This document shows, piece after piece, positions 50,466 through 60,739 of a stretch of 64,000 bases of DNA. The translations under genes were made by a program, and so were the position numbers. Within the stretch, counting starts at the first letter, position 1. Every line of letters begins with the position of its first letter. The DNA comes from a phage. The stretch is taken from sequence record PX421306.1, one strand, 5' to 3'. Under the pieces are notes generated by a model. The model did no database searches, was not told the DNA's origin, and worked only from the letters and a program-made list of their open reading frames with translations.

Positions 50466-51635
50466 TTAAAAATATTTTTTAAAACTCATCATAACTTTAT
50501 CATCAACATCATTATCAATCTGTGCAACAAGGTAAGATGACAGTTCTACTTCTTGTGGCGCTGATTGAACATTATCAGAATTAAGATATTCACGAATCCA
50601 AGGATACGGATGTTTAACCGGAGCATCAGTAATTGGGCATGGAAGACCGCACTGTTTCATACGAGATACAGTTAAGTAATCAATAAAGCTCCACATGCTA
50701 TTTGTATTTAATCCAGGAACATCGCCATCTTTAAATAAATGAACTGCCCAGTCTTTTTCTTGACGGTTAACTTCCATGAAAATATCAACTGCTTCTTGTT
50801 CACACTCTTGGGCGATTTTAACCCATTCATCACCATCAGTGCCAAGCTGAAGTTGACGAATAATATATTGGGTGCCTTTAAGGTGTAGCTGTTCATCACG
50901 AGCAATGAACTTCATAATCTTGGCATTACCTTCCATGATTTCCATGTTTTTGTGGAAGTTAAATGTACACGCGAAAGATACGTAAAAACGAATAGCTTCC
51001 AGAGCGTTGATTACATGAAGGCAAAGATAAAGAGATTTCATTAATGCTCGTTTAGTACATTCAACAACTTTGCCTAACTCTTCTTTACGAAATCCTTCTG
51101 ATAAAATTCCTTCATAATCTTCAACCGCATTCTGATATTCACGAGTCTTAACTAGAACGTCATCATAATAACGACCAATAGATTCAGCACGTTTCATGAT
51201 AGCTTTATCTAATACAATCTCATCAAATACCTTTGACGGATCAGTATAAAGATTTCGCATAATATGAGTATATGAACGGCTGTGAATAGTTTCACTAAAA
51301 GTCCATGTAGCAACCCATGTATCAAGGCTTGGGTCTGAAATTAATGACATAAGTACAGCAGACGGTGCACGACCCTGAATGCTATCTAGAAGTGATTGAT
51401 ACTTCAGGTTATTAGTAAAAATATCCTGCTGATATTGAGGAAGCTTATTAAATTGTGCAGCATCCATCATCAAGTTTACTTCTTCAGGACGCCAGAAAAA
51501 TGACAACTGCTTTTCGGTTAAATCTTCAAAAACTTTATGACGTTGAATATCATAACGCGCAATACCAAGACCTGAACCGAAGAACATAGGTTCTTTTAAA
51601 ACATCAACTGGATTTGTATTAAAAACTGTGCTCAT
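50466..51635 (-). CDS. nrdB: Ribonucleotide reductase small subunit NrdB, uninterrupted
   Basis: About 388 aa, the T4 NrdB length, in one continuous frame; ferritin-like R2 protein. Confidence 0.9.
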   Translation of the reverse strand: MSTVFNTNPVDVLKEPMFFGSGLGIARYDIQRHKVFEDLTEKQLSFFWRPEEVNLMMDAAQFNKLPQYQQDIFTNNLKYQSLLDSIQGRAPSAVLMSLISDPSLDTWVATWTFSETIHSRSYTHIMRNLYTDPSKVFDEIVLDKAIMKRAESIGRYYDDVLVKTREYQNAVEDYEGILSEGFRKEELGKVVECTKRALMKSLYLCLHVINALEAIRFYVSFACTFNFHKNMEIMEGNAKIMKFIARDEQLHLKGTQYIIRQLQLGTDGDEWVKIAQECEQEAVDIFMEVNRQEKDWAVHLFKDGDVPGLNTNSMWSFIDYLTVSRMKQCGLPCPITDAPVKHPYPWIREYLNSDNVQSAPQEVELSSYLVAQIDNDVDDKVMMSFKKYF

Positions 51636-51686
51636 AAATTTTCCGCTTAGTTAATAGATAGTGACTCGTCCGTGAGTCAAATTATA

Positions 51687-52676
51687 TCATAATTTACAGG
51701 ATGAACAATCTTCAGCTTTTGGAGTTTCTATTTCATAATCATCAGTACCAGAACCGTCGCGGGTATTATGATAATAGAAATTTTTTCCGCCAAAATACCA
51801 AAAGTACAAAAGGTCATCAATCATTACAGACATTGGAACCTTTCCTTTTGGAAAAATCTGCGGGTCATAATATGTATTCGCTGAAGCTGATTGACATACC
51901 CATTTCAGCATAATAGCTACCTGCGTAAGATAAGGTTTATTACCTTTCTTAGCCAATTTCCACGTATAATCATAGAGGTCTATGTTATGTTCAATATTGG
52001 GCACGACTTGATTAAAGGAACCCTCTTTTGACTCTTTAACAGAGACTGGTCCACGTGGAGGCTCGATACCGTTTGTACTGTTAGAAACTTGGGAAGATGA
52101 CTCACATGGCATAAGTGCTGATAATGTGCTATTACGAATGCCAAAGAGCTTAAGGTCTTCCCGCAGCGACGACCAGTCACAAACGTATTTTGGAGCTGCG
52201 ATTTGGTCAATCTTTTTATTGTACCAGTCGATAGGTAATTCGCCTCGAGACCAACGAGTGTCTGAATAATATTCGCAAGGTCCTTTTTCTTTGGCGAGCT
52301 TAATGGATGCTTTAATGAGTCCATACTGTAATCTCTCAAATAGTTCATGTGTTAAATCGTTAGCATCTTCATAAGAAGCAAAGTTACTTGCCAACCAAGC
52401 TGCATAGTTAGTAACACCTACACCAAGATTTCGACGCTTTTTAGCCTTTTCTGCTTCAGGAACTGGATATCCTTGGTAATCCAAAAGATTATCAAGAGCA
52501 CGAACTTGGACTTCTGCTAATTCATTAATTTTATCTTGGTCTTGCCAATCGAAGTTATCTAACACAAATGCGCTAAGGGTACAAAGCCCCACTTCTCCCT
52601 TGTTTTCAATAACTTCTATTGTAGTATACTCATCATCTTCGTAAAATTCATCTACAAATTCATAATCAATATTCAT
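51687..52676 (-). CDS. nrdA: Ribonucleotide reductase large subunit, C-terminal fragment
   Basis: 329 aa beginning with its own ATG; contains 'GLCTLSAF' (the E. coli NrdA C462 region) and a C-terminal 'CSSC' pair. Confidence 0.85.
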   Translation of the reverse strand: MNIDYEFVDEFYEDDEYTTIEVIENKGEVGLCTLSAFVLDNFDWQDQDKINELAEVQVRALDNLLDYQGYPVPEAEKAKKRRNLGVGVTNYAAWLASNFASYEDANDLTHELFERLQYGLIKASIKLAKEKGPCEYYSDTRWSRGELPIDWYNKKIDQIAAPKYVCDWSSLREDLKLFGIRNSTLSALMPCESSSQVSNSTNGIEPPRGPVSVKESKEGSFNQVVPNIEHNIDLYDYTWKLAKKGNKPYLTQVAIMLKWVCQSASANTYYDPQIFPKGKVPMSVMIDDLLYFWYFGGKNFYYHNTRDGSGTDDYEIETPKAEDCSSCKL

Positions 52677-53511
52677 TTAATTCTTCTACCTTTTTTCTAG
52701 TAATTCCTAAAGCTTTAGATGCTCGATGTATTGATTGATATTCTATACCGTTTATTTTTACAGCAATTAAGTTATGGGGTTTTAATCCCTTTGGATGAGG
52801 TTTACTGACGAAAACTAAATTATCAAGCTCTGAAATCTTATCCAATTTCTTACACTTAAATCCTTTGTGATGCGCCCGTTTACCTTTACAAACGGCTGAC
52901 ATCGCAGATGGATTTAAATTATGCTCTTTACAAAATTCGTTAAGACCTCGATGAATTTCCTCATGACCATCTGGAAATGTAAACACCCAAGACGTTTGAA
53001 GTCGAGATTTAACTTCTGGAGACATAGGAATACCTTTGTTCCAGGCCGGTTTGCCTTTATTATTTTCAGATACAGAAATAGCCAATTTTCTTCTAAGCCA
53101 CCCATGTCGTTTATTGGTGTTCTTTCGTTCAATATTATCTTCAGAATAAACACACATCATATTAGCGGCAAATATCAATTTATGATTATCTGGATATATC
53201 TTTACTAATAATTGATGAGCTATGTAATGCTCTTCTGGTGTCAAATCTACCAGGTTTTCCTTTGTATCAGAACCACCAATACACAGAGGTATAATATGAT
53301 GTGATTCGGTATAGCAATCTAATTTTCTGTTCTTAGCTTTAGAAATAAGGTTATTGTAAATTTTAGAATAATCCATAACTTTTCCTCTTGTTATGGATTA
53401 TTTATTAACGGTCTGTGTACTTTATTTGCTTTGAATTATACCGCCAGGATTAGCTTCATAAAACTTAGCTACATCCGACTTCTTAATTTTAATTAAACGG
53501 GTTTGTTGACT
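52623..53511 (-). mobile_element. Endonuclease-containing insertion splitting nrdA (about 0.9 kb)
   Basis: Span between the last NrdA-like residues of the N fragment (NDVN) and the first NrdA-like residues of the C fragment; boundaries estimated from alignment by eye. Confidence 0.5.
52666..53376 (-). CDS. HNH-family homing endonuclease (MobE / I-HmuI-like)
   Basis: 236 aa; HNH motif 'SHHIIPLCIGGSDTKENLVDLTPEEHYIAHQ'; C-terminal HTH-like 'INGIEYQSIHRASKALGITRKKV'; own GAGG ribosome-binding site. Confidence 0.8.
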   Translation of the reverse strand: MDYSKIYNNLISKAKNRKLDCYTESHHIIPLCIGGSDTKENLVDLTPEEHYIAHQLLVKIYPDNHKLIFAANMMCVYSEDNIERKNTNKRHGWLRRKLAISVSENNKGKPAWNKGIPMSPEVKSRLQTSWVFTFPDGHEEIHRGLNEFCKEHNLNPSAMSAVCKGKRAHHKGFKCKKLDKISELDNLVFVSKPHPKGLKPHNLIAVKINGIEYQSIHRASKALGITRKKVEELNEY

Positions 53512-54855
53512 ATTCACGTCATTTGTTGGAATAGCAATTTCACAACACAAGTTACTCTGACGAATAGGTGCCTTTTCACGAATAAATGGAGTATAGTTAT
53601 TCGTATTATCAATGAACTGTACATAAATCCTTGCTGTTCCTGAGCGTTCAGTCATAAGTAATTCAAATAGTTCACGGGCTTTAATACGCTTTTTGCGAAT
53701 ATTAGGGTCTTTTTCTGCTGCTTCGTATAATTCGCGGAAACGGTCTTGGTCTTTAAAATAAGAATAATAAAGCTCGCCACCCATTTCATGCGGACTGAAT
53801 AAAGTAATGTAATCGTTCTTTCCGAATCGTTCCATCATCAAATCATTCAGCTGAACACCATAATCCATATGACGGATACGGTTTTCTTCTACACCTTTAT
53901 TATTTTTCAAAACGAGAAGATTTTCAACTTCCAAATGCCAAATAGGATAATAAGCAGTAGCAGCGCCGCCACGAATTCCGCCTTGTGAACATGATTTAAC
54001 AGCAGTCTGAAAATGTTTCCAAAAAGGAATAACGCCAGTATGACGCACTTCACCTGTGCCAATCTTAGAACCTTCAGCACGAATCATACCAACGTTAATG
54101 CCAATTCCAGCTCGTTTAGAAATATACTCAACAATTGAAGCAGAAGCCTTATTGATAGACTTCAGCGAATCACCTGCTTCAATAACAACGCATGAACTAA
54201 ACTGTCGAGTTGGAGTACGACAACCAGCCATAATAGGAGTTGGCAATGAAATCTGTCGAGTAGATACTGCTTCATAAAAACGGATAACGTGTTTTAATCT
54301 ATCAACAGGTTCATCTTGATGCAATGCCATTCCAATAGTCATAAATGCAAACTGTGGAGTTTCATAAATTTGACCAGTGGTTTTATCTTTAACTAGATAT
54401 TTTTCTTTTAATTGCATCGCCCCGGAATAAGTAAATTCCATATCCCGCTCATGCTTAATTTTTGATTCTAAAAATGTAATTTCTTCGGCAGAATATTTTG
54501 ACAACAATTCAGGGTCGTATTTACCTTCATTTACACAGTAAGAAATTTGATCAATAAATGAACGTGGTTCATACTGCCCATAAACATGCTTACGAAGAGC
54601 GAACATTAAACAGCGTGCAGCTACATATTGATAATCAGGCTCTTCAACTGAAATAGAATTCGCAGCAGCCTTAATGACAATAGTCTGAATGTCATCAGTT
54701 GTCATTCCATCACGGAGATATGATTTAATATTTTCATATAATTCATAAGGATCTACAGATGTTCCTTCAGCTGCCCAAGATAAAACTTTAATAATTTTTT
54801 GCGGGTCAAAGCTCTGAGAAACACCACTACTTTTGATAACATTAATTAATTGCAT
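53422..54855 (-). CDS. nrdA: Ribonucleotide reductase large subunit, N-terminal fragment
   Basis: 477 aa; class Ia RNR alpha through 'SNLCCEIAIPTNDVN', then 29 non-homologous residues and a stop. Confidence 0.85.
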   Translation of the reverse strand: MQLINVIKSSGVSQSFDPQKIIKVLSWAAEGTSVDPYELYENIKSYLRDGMTTDDIQTIVIKAAANSISVEEPDYQYVAARCLMFALRKHVYGQYEPRSFIDQISYCVNEGKYDPELLSKYSAEEITFLESKIKHERDMEFTYSGAMQLKEKYLVKDKTTGQIYETPQFAFMTIGMALHQDEPVDRLKHVIRFYEAVSTRQISLPTPIMAGCRTPTRQFSSCVVIEAGDSLKSINKASASIVEYISKRAGIGINVGMIRAEGSKIGTGEVRHTGVIPFWKHFQTAVKSCSQGGIRGGAATAYYPIWHLEVENLLVLKNNKGVEENRIRHMDYGVQLNDLMMERFGKNDYITLFSPHEMGGELYYSYFKDQDRFRELYEAAEKDPNIRKKRIKARELFELLMTERSGTARIYVQFIDNTNNYTPFIREKAPIRQSNLCCEIAIPTNDVNSQQTRLIKIKKSDVAKFYEANPGGIIQSK

Positions 54856-55171
54856 AAGTCCTCAACTTGAAAATCGTCTTTAAACAATCGGTTAACTATA
54901 TGAGCTATTATATCACCATGACACGGCTTTGGTTTACATGTGCATCCTAGCCTCATTCCACGTAAAGGCTCTAAATGTGCTTTAGTTATTTCTCCGGATT
55001 TAATTCGACGTATAAAATCTTTTTTGAATAATTCAATGGCAGCCTCCCGGCTGCCAGCATCTTTACCGACGTAATTTCCCAAAATGTACCACGGTGAATA
55101 TTAACATCAAAGTCGGATTTATATTTATTCACTACCCGGCATAGACGGCCCGCGTGGTAATAGTTCGTCAT
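54846..55171 (-). pseudogene. DUF4326-like small gene interrupted by a 1-nt frameshift
   Basis: Frame A (55171 down to about 55079) encodes '[20 protein letters not shown]'; frame B (55082 to 54846) encodes 'GNYVGKD...LGCTCKPKPCHGD'; frames meet at a GGG run at 55078-55080. Confidence 0.45.
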
Positions 55172-55400
55172 ATTGTTTTTCCGTTAAAACAGTAATATCA
55201 TAATAACAATCAGAAGAAGTTTTAACTGTAGAAATTTTATTATCAAAATACTCACGAGTCATTTTATGAGTATAATATTTTTTGCCATAAATGATAATAG
55301 GCTGTTCTGGCCCTGGAACTTCCAGTTCACTTGGATTAGGAAGTGTAAAAAGAACGACACCAGAAGTATCCTTAAATCGTAAAATCATATATCCTCTCAA
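55125..55400 (-). CDS. Hypothetical protein, 91 aa (nrdA.2 position)
   Basis: ORF between td and the DUF4326-like gene. Confidence 0.55.
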   Translation of the reverse strand: MRGYMILRFKDTSGVVLFTLPNPSELEVPGPEQPIIIYGKKYYTHKMTREYFDNKISTVKTSSDCYYDITVLTEKQYDELLPRGPSMPGSE

Positions 55401-55411
55401 TTAAATTAAAA

Positions 55412-56271
55412 TTACACCGCCATCTTTCCTTTAATTGGCGGATGAGATACATAGTTGTTAAGAACAAAATTATGTGGCTTTGCGAATTGACTCAACCAAA
55501 ATACCTGAGATTCTGTGCCCCATTCATCAAATTCATCTGGAAATTTTAATTGTAATTCACATAAATCCATAGGTTCACGACGTAAAATTTCTTTACATTG
55601 TTCTACGTGATTCATATAGATATGAGTATTACCACCAGAAAATATCAAATCTCCTGGAATAAGATTACACATCTTAGCTACAATATGAACTAACGTAGCA
55701 TATGATGCAATATTAAATGGAAGACCGAGGAAAACATCTACCGAACGTTGATACCACTGCAAATCCAAATAGCCATTACGCACATTAAACTGATAGAACA
55801 TATGACAAGGTGGCAATGCCATCTGCTTGAGTTCTGCCGGATTCCATGCTGAAACAATTTGACGTCTATCATTTGGCAGTTTTTTAATACGATCAACAAC
55901 TTCTACAATTTGGTCTACACCGCCAAAATCACGCCACTGTTTTCCATAAATTGGACCAAGTTCACCGCTATGATATCCTAAATCTTTTGCTTGATTTTCG
56001 TAATTTTCATCCCAGACTGTTTTGCCTTGAATTAATGAATCGTGTTGAATTAATCGTAAATCATTAACATTTGTGCTTCCTGATAAAAACCAAAGGAGCT
56101 CAGCAATGCAAGCTTTCCAGGCAAGCTTCTTAGTCGTTACTGCAGGAAAACCTTTAGTTAAATCCCAGCGTAATTTAGTACCGAACAAAGCAATTGTTCC
56201 TGTGCCTGTTCGGTCATCGGTTTCATAACCGTTTTCCAGGATATCTTTAATTAAAAATTGGTATTGTTTCA

Positions 56272-56272
<1 letters not shown>
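55412..56272 (-). CDS. td: Thymidylate synthase, uninterrupted
   Basis: ATG at 56272 (MKQYQ) gives 286 aa, the T4 TS length, in one continuous frame; active-site 'PPCH'. Confidence 0.95.
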
Positions 56273-57304
<1,032 letters not shown>

Positions 57305-57312
57305 ATTATCTC

Positions 57313-57648
57313 CTAATATAAAGGATCGGGAACATATCCACTGGCTTTAATCATTTTGATTAACGTTAGCAGTCCTTTATTAACTGCTTGTGAGATTTCA
57401 TTAAAAACTTCATCACTAAAAAGTTCTAACACTCCCTTCTGAACTTTTAATTTACAACCAACAATTTCGTCATCGCCTATAGTAAATTCGTTTCCGCCAA
57501 TTCCACCGAAAAACTTAATTACACCAGTTAACTGTGTTCCACGAGAATATGGGTCGTGTGATAAAGTAATATGAGTCACCCCAGGTACAGTTTTAAATTG
57601 GCAGCGAATGTTTACTTGGGAAATTCCAGTTACATGAATGTCAGACAT
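57313..57648 (-). CDS. Hypothetical protein, 111 aa
   Basis: ORF. Confidence 0.6.
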   Translation of the reverse strand: MSDIHVTGISQVNIRCQFKTVPGVTHITLSHDPYSRGTQLTGVIKFFGGIGGNEFTIGDDEIVGCKLKVQKGVLELFSDEVFNEISQAVNKGLLTLIKMIKASGYVPDPLY

Positions 57649-57658
57649 AATATTTTCC

Positions 57659-57901
57659 TCAAACAGACTTTTTCACAATTTTCCAATCAGCTTTAAACTG
57701 ATCAACGTCAGAATGGTAAATCCAGAATCCTGCGCTTTCTCCATCCTCATAAAGAGGGCATCCATCGCATTCATCTTCCCATCCCATATCACGCAAAAGA
57801 CGTTCAGCTTTTTCAACGAGTTCAGAATCTTTACCGATGATATTAAAATACCATTTACCTCTAACTTCTGAATCTTTGATGCTCTGGCGCTGTAATCTCA
57901 T
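57659..57901 (-). CDS. Hypothetical protein, 80 aa
   Basis: ORF with a Cys-x2-Cys pair 'CDGC'. Confidence 0.55.
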   Translation of the reverse strand: MRLQRQSIKDSEVRGKWYFNIIGKDSELVEKAERLLRDMGWEDECDGCPLYEDGESAGFWIYHSDVDQFKADWKIVKKSV

Positions 57902-57955
57902 TTTATTCTCCTTAGTTGATAGGGTAATAGTATCACACTACTACCCTTCTGTAAA

Positions 57956-58321
57956 CTACTTTTTGAAAGTTTTTCGCAAAAGTTCAATGATTTCATCTAC
58001 ATTGTTTTCGTCAACAATGCAGTGAATTTTTGTTACGCCAGAAACCTTGTCTTCTATTTCATCTTCTTCAGAAGTCGGTTCTTTATACTCACGAAAACAA
58101 TGAAATTCGTCTTCGCAAACGTTAAAGTAAAAATGCTTTCCATTTGCACATTCAATGTGTTTTATTACTCTAAATCCATCAGCAAAGAAAGCTTCTTTAA
58201 CTTCAAACCATCCGCCATTTTCTTGAATAATTTTAACTATTGATGAATTAGAACGTGGGCGATAATTAATAAATGTATCAATAAGTCTTGGAACAAGTTC
58301 ATACTTTTTGCCAATATACAT
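57956..58321 (-). CDS. Hypothetical Cys/His-rich protein, 121 aa
   Basis: ORF with a 'HIECANGKHFYFNVCEDEFHC' cluster, possibly metal-binding. Confidence 0.55.
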   Translation of the reverse strand: MYIGKKYELVPRLIDTFINYRPRSNSSIVKIIQENGGWFEVKEAFFADGFRVIKHIECANGKHFYFNVCEDEFHCFREYKEPTSEEDEIEDKVSGVTKIHCIVDENNVDEIIELLRKTFKK

Positions 58322-58365
58322 TACGTTTTCCTCATTTTAACGGGGCTGTAATAGCCCCTTGATAA

Positions 58366-58593
58366 TTACTGCTCAATAAATCCTGTGTAAAATTCTACAT
58401 CTTCAGCATCCATACCGTCACAATATTCATTAATCATAAATTGTTTAAGACGATTTAAAGGACCTTCAATAACAACTGAAACATTGCAATTGGGGTCATT
58501 TAGTGCGCTTGTAATACGGAGTTCAGGATAACGATTACGAATAATTTCTTCAATATATTCAAAATCAACAACATCAATATCAATTTTAGCCAT
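58366..58593 (-). CDS. Hypothetical protein, 75 aa
   Basis: ATG at 58593 (MAKIDID) preceded by AAAGAGGAAA; the track ORF extends upstream from a TTG across the gene 32 terminator. Confidence 0.55.
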   Translation of the reverse strand: MAKIDIDVVDFEYIEEIIRNRYPELRITSALNDPNCNVSVVIEGPLNRLKQFMINEYCDGMDAEDVEFYTGFIEQ

Positions 58594-58701
58594 GTTATTT
58601 TCCTCTTTAATCATCATCAGCAGTATTGCCGATAGTTGTATAGTACCATAAAGCTTTATGCTTGTAAACAGTTTTGTGAAAAAATTTTTGAAATAAAAAA
58701 A

Positions 58702-58720
58702 GGGGACCTCTAGGGTCCCC
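58702..58720 (-). terminator. Rho-independent terminator after gene 32
   Basis: GGGGACC...GGTCCCC stem followed on the minus strand by TTTTTTATTTC, about 23 nt after the gp32 stop. Confidence 0.7.
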
Positions 58721-58742
58721 AATTAATTAGTAATATAATCTA

Positions 58743-59651
58743 TTAAAGGTCATTCAAAAGGTCATCCAGGTCCGTGTCATCAGCACTAGATGAACTGCCA
58801 GAGCTTGAGCTCATAAAATCATCTTCAGTTTTTGTTTTGAAGTCATCAACATTGAATGCATCCAAATCATCAGCAACTTTATCAGCTTTCTTAGCGGCAG
58901 TCGCTGCGGCACCACCCATAGCAGCAGTTCCCATAACTTGACTGAACTTAGTGCTCAGTTCTTCAAACGATTTGAATTTATCTTTAGAAGTCATTTCAGA
59001 AAGGTCAACCATTTGTTCGAACAATTCTTTCTGGAAAGATTCATCATCAATGTTTGGAATCGCAGATTGATTCAGGAATTTAGATTCGTCGTAGTTACTA
59101 AAACCAGAAACTTGTTTAACTTTCAGTACAAAGTTAGCACCTTCCCACGGACAAGTTACATCAACCGGAGTTTCACCCATTTCAACATCAACTGCAATCA
59201 TTGCATTGATTTTATCCCAGATTTTCTTACCGAAACGATATTTAAATACTTTACCTTCATTTTCTGGAGCAGCTGGGTCTTTTACAACAAGAATGTTAGC
59301 CCAGTAAGAAGTTTTACGTTTAACAAGACCGTACTCTTTATTGTCAGTGTTATACAAATCATTTTTACTGATGTACTGACATACTGGACAAGAATCGTAA
59401 TCACCGTAGGTAGATGAGCATGTTTCAATATACCATTTACCATTTTTCTTGAAACCGTGATTTACAAGAAGTGCGAATGGTGCTTGTTCATCATTTTTAG
59501 ACGGAAGAAAACGAATTACTGCTTGACCGTTACCCGCATTGTCGAGTTTCAGTTTCCACTCGCCTTTATCTTCAGAAGAAAAACCACCTTTATTTCCAGC
59601 CAGTTTAGCCATTTGTGCAGCGAGTTCAGCAGTAGATTTACGTTTAAACAT
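58743..59651 (-). CDS. 32: Single-stranded DNA-binding protein gp32
   Basis: About 301 aa, the T4 gp32 length; zinc site '[15 protein letters not shown]'; acidic Ser/Asp-rich C-terminus. Confidence 0.95.
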   Translation of the reverse strand: MFKRKSTAELAAQMAKLAGNKGGFSSEDKGEWKLKLDNAGNGQAVIRFLPSKNDEQAPFALLVNHGFKKNGKWYIETCSSTYGDYDSCPVCQYISKNDLYNTDNKEYGLVKRKTSYWANILVVKDPAAPENEGKVFKYRFGKKIWDKINAMIAVDVEMGETPVDVTCPWEGANFVLKVKQVSGFSNYDESKFLNQSAIPNIDDESFQKELFEQMVDLSEMTSKDKFKSFEELSTKFSQVMGTAAMGGAAATAAKKADKVADDLDAFNVDDFKTKTEDDFMSSSSGSSSSADDTDLDDLLNDL

Positions 59652-59730
59652 TTTTATTTCCTTTTTAATTTAATTAACAGTTGGTGCTATGACGATGTAT
59701 GACCTCATAGCTGGTCAGTGAGATAATTAT
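59652..59730 (-). promoter_or_regulatory. Gene 32 mRNA leader: A/U-rich operator plus pseudoknot-forming segment
   Basis: Minus-strand leader contains 'GCUAUGAGGUCAUACAUCGUCAUAGC' (inverted GCUAUGA / UCAUAGC arms) followed by an unstructured A/U-rich stretch before the ATG. Confidence 0.55.
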
Positions 59731-59734
59731 AATC

Positions 59735-59742
59735 TATTTATA
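59735..59742 (-). promoter_or_regulatory. Late promoter box TATAAATA (minus strand) upstream of gene 32
   Basis: Exact minus-strand TATAAATA about 85 nt upstream of the gene 32 ATG. Confidence 0.5.
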
Positions 59743-59750
59743 ATAAGCAA

Positions 59751-60404
59751 TTAATACTTGCAAGATTTCACAGTTTCAATGAAAACACTTTTAGCTTTCT
59801 GTGAATCAATATTTAAAATTTTTCTATAAGCCTTTAACTTTATAGAATAATTATTCCAGACTAAATTATCAGTCTGTTCATCATGTTTATCAATTATATT
59901 TAAAAACGAATCAAGCAAGATAAACGTCTCAAACGAAATTATATTCGATTGAAGTAGTTTAAAAATATAACTTGATTGAACTTTTGGATTATACTCAAAG
60001 ATTTCTTTAAAAGCAGAAACTTCAACTTTTTTACTAAAATAATAAATGTTGCGAATATCTTCTTCAAACTTAAATTTAATTTGCTTTAAGCGTCCGATAT
60101 ATTCACGATAAAACACAAGTGCATCAGCGTCAGAGATGTCACCAATCCAAGCATCTTGGTTAGCAACCAAATTACTTATAAAAATTAAAGCAAGTTCCTT
60201 TAATTTATATTTTTCTGATAACTTCTGGAAAAAATACTTATCCCTTCGCTTTTGATAAGCGGCATCAGACACCCGCATGCACCAATTATACTTAATTACA
60301 TCATACTTTCCATTCATATGTTGTTTTATCATTAAGTATAATTTATAAACTGATTTACCATCAATGTATCTTTCACCACCAGCAGGCATGCGGAGTTTAA
60401 TCAT
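59751..60404 (-). CDS. 59: Helicase loader gp59
   Basis: 217 aa, the T4 gp59 length; synteny 33-59-32. Confidence 0.9.
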   Translation of the reverse strand: MIKLRMPAGGERYIDGKSVYKLYLMIKQHMNGKYDVIKYNWCMRVSDAAYQKRRDKYFFQKLSEKYKLKELALIFISNLVANQDAWIGDISDADALVFYREYIGRLKQIKFKFEEDIRNIYYFSKKVEVSAFKEIFEYNPKVQSSYIFKLLQSNIISFETFILLDSFLNIIDKHDEQTDNLVWNNYSIKLKAYRKILNIDSQKAKSVFIETVKSCKY

Positions 60405-60739
60405 AGTAGAAAATCTAATGTATTAGTTTTTTCACAACGAACAACAGAAGGACGTAAAAGATTTTCGTCAATAGCTTCTGACTGAATTTTTTCAATTATA
60501 CCCGAAGGAATAAATTTAGCAAATTGAGTTTCAGGAATAGAATTTTCTTCCAAGAATGCTGTTGTAGCTTCAAGATAACTCATTCCAAACTCTTCTACCA
60601 TTTTTTCAATAATAAATCCATTTTCTTGGCGGTCAAGAAGCTTTGCTATTTCATCCTTTTCTTTCTTAATTGAAAGTTCTTTTTCTGAAAGACCGGTCTC
60701 ATCGACCGGACGAATATCATTTAGAGAAAACTGTGTCAT
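60401..60739 (-). CDS. 33: Late transcription co-activator gp33
   Basis: ATG at 60739 gives 112 aa, the T4 gp33 length; track start is an upstream TTG. Confidence 0.8.
   Translation of the reverse strand: MTQFSLNDIRPVDETGLSEKELSIKKEKDEIAKLLDRQENGFIIEKMVEEFGMSYLEATTAFLEENSIPETQFAKFIPSGIIEKIQSEAIDENLLRPSVVRCEKTNTLDFLL

Noticed and set aside
52623-53511. Intein inside nrdA
   Set aside because: The endonuclease ORF is out of frame with both nrdA fragments, has its own ribosome-binding site, and the upstream fragment ends at a stop; that fits a free-standing or intron-type insertion, not an in-frame intein. A group I intron cannot be excluded from sequence alone.
54846-55171. Two independent small genes (61 aa and 78 aa)
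   Set aside because: Neither half makes a complete domain and the two frames join at a homopolymer; better explained as one frameshifted gene.
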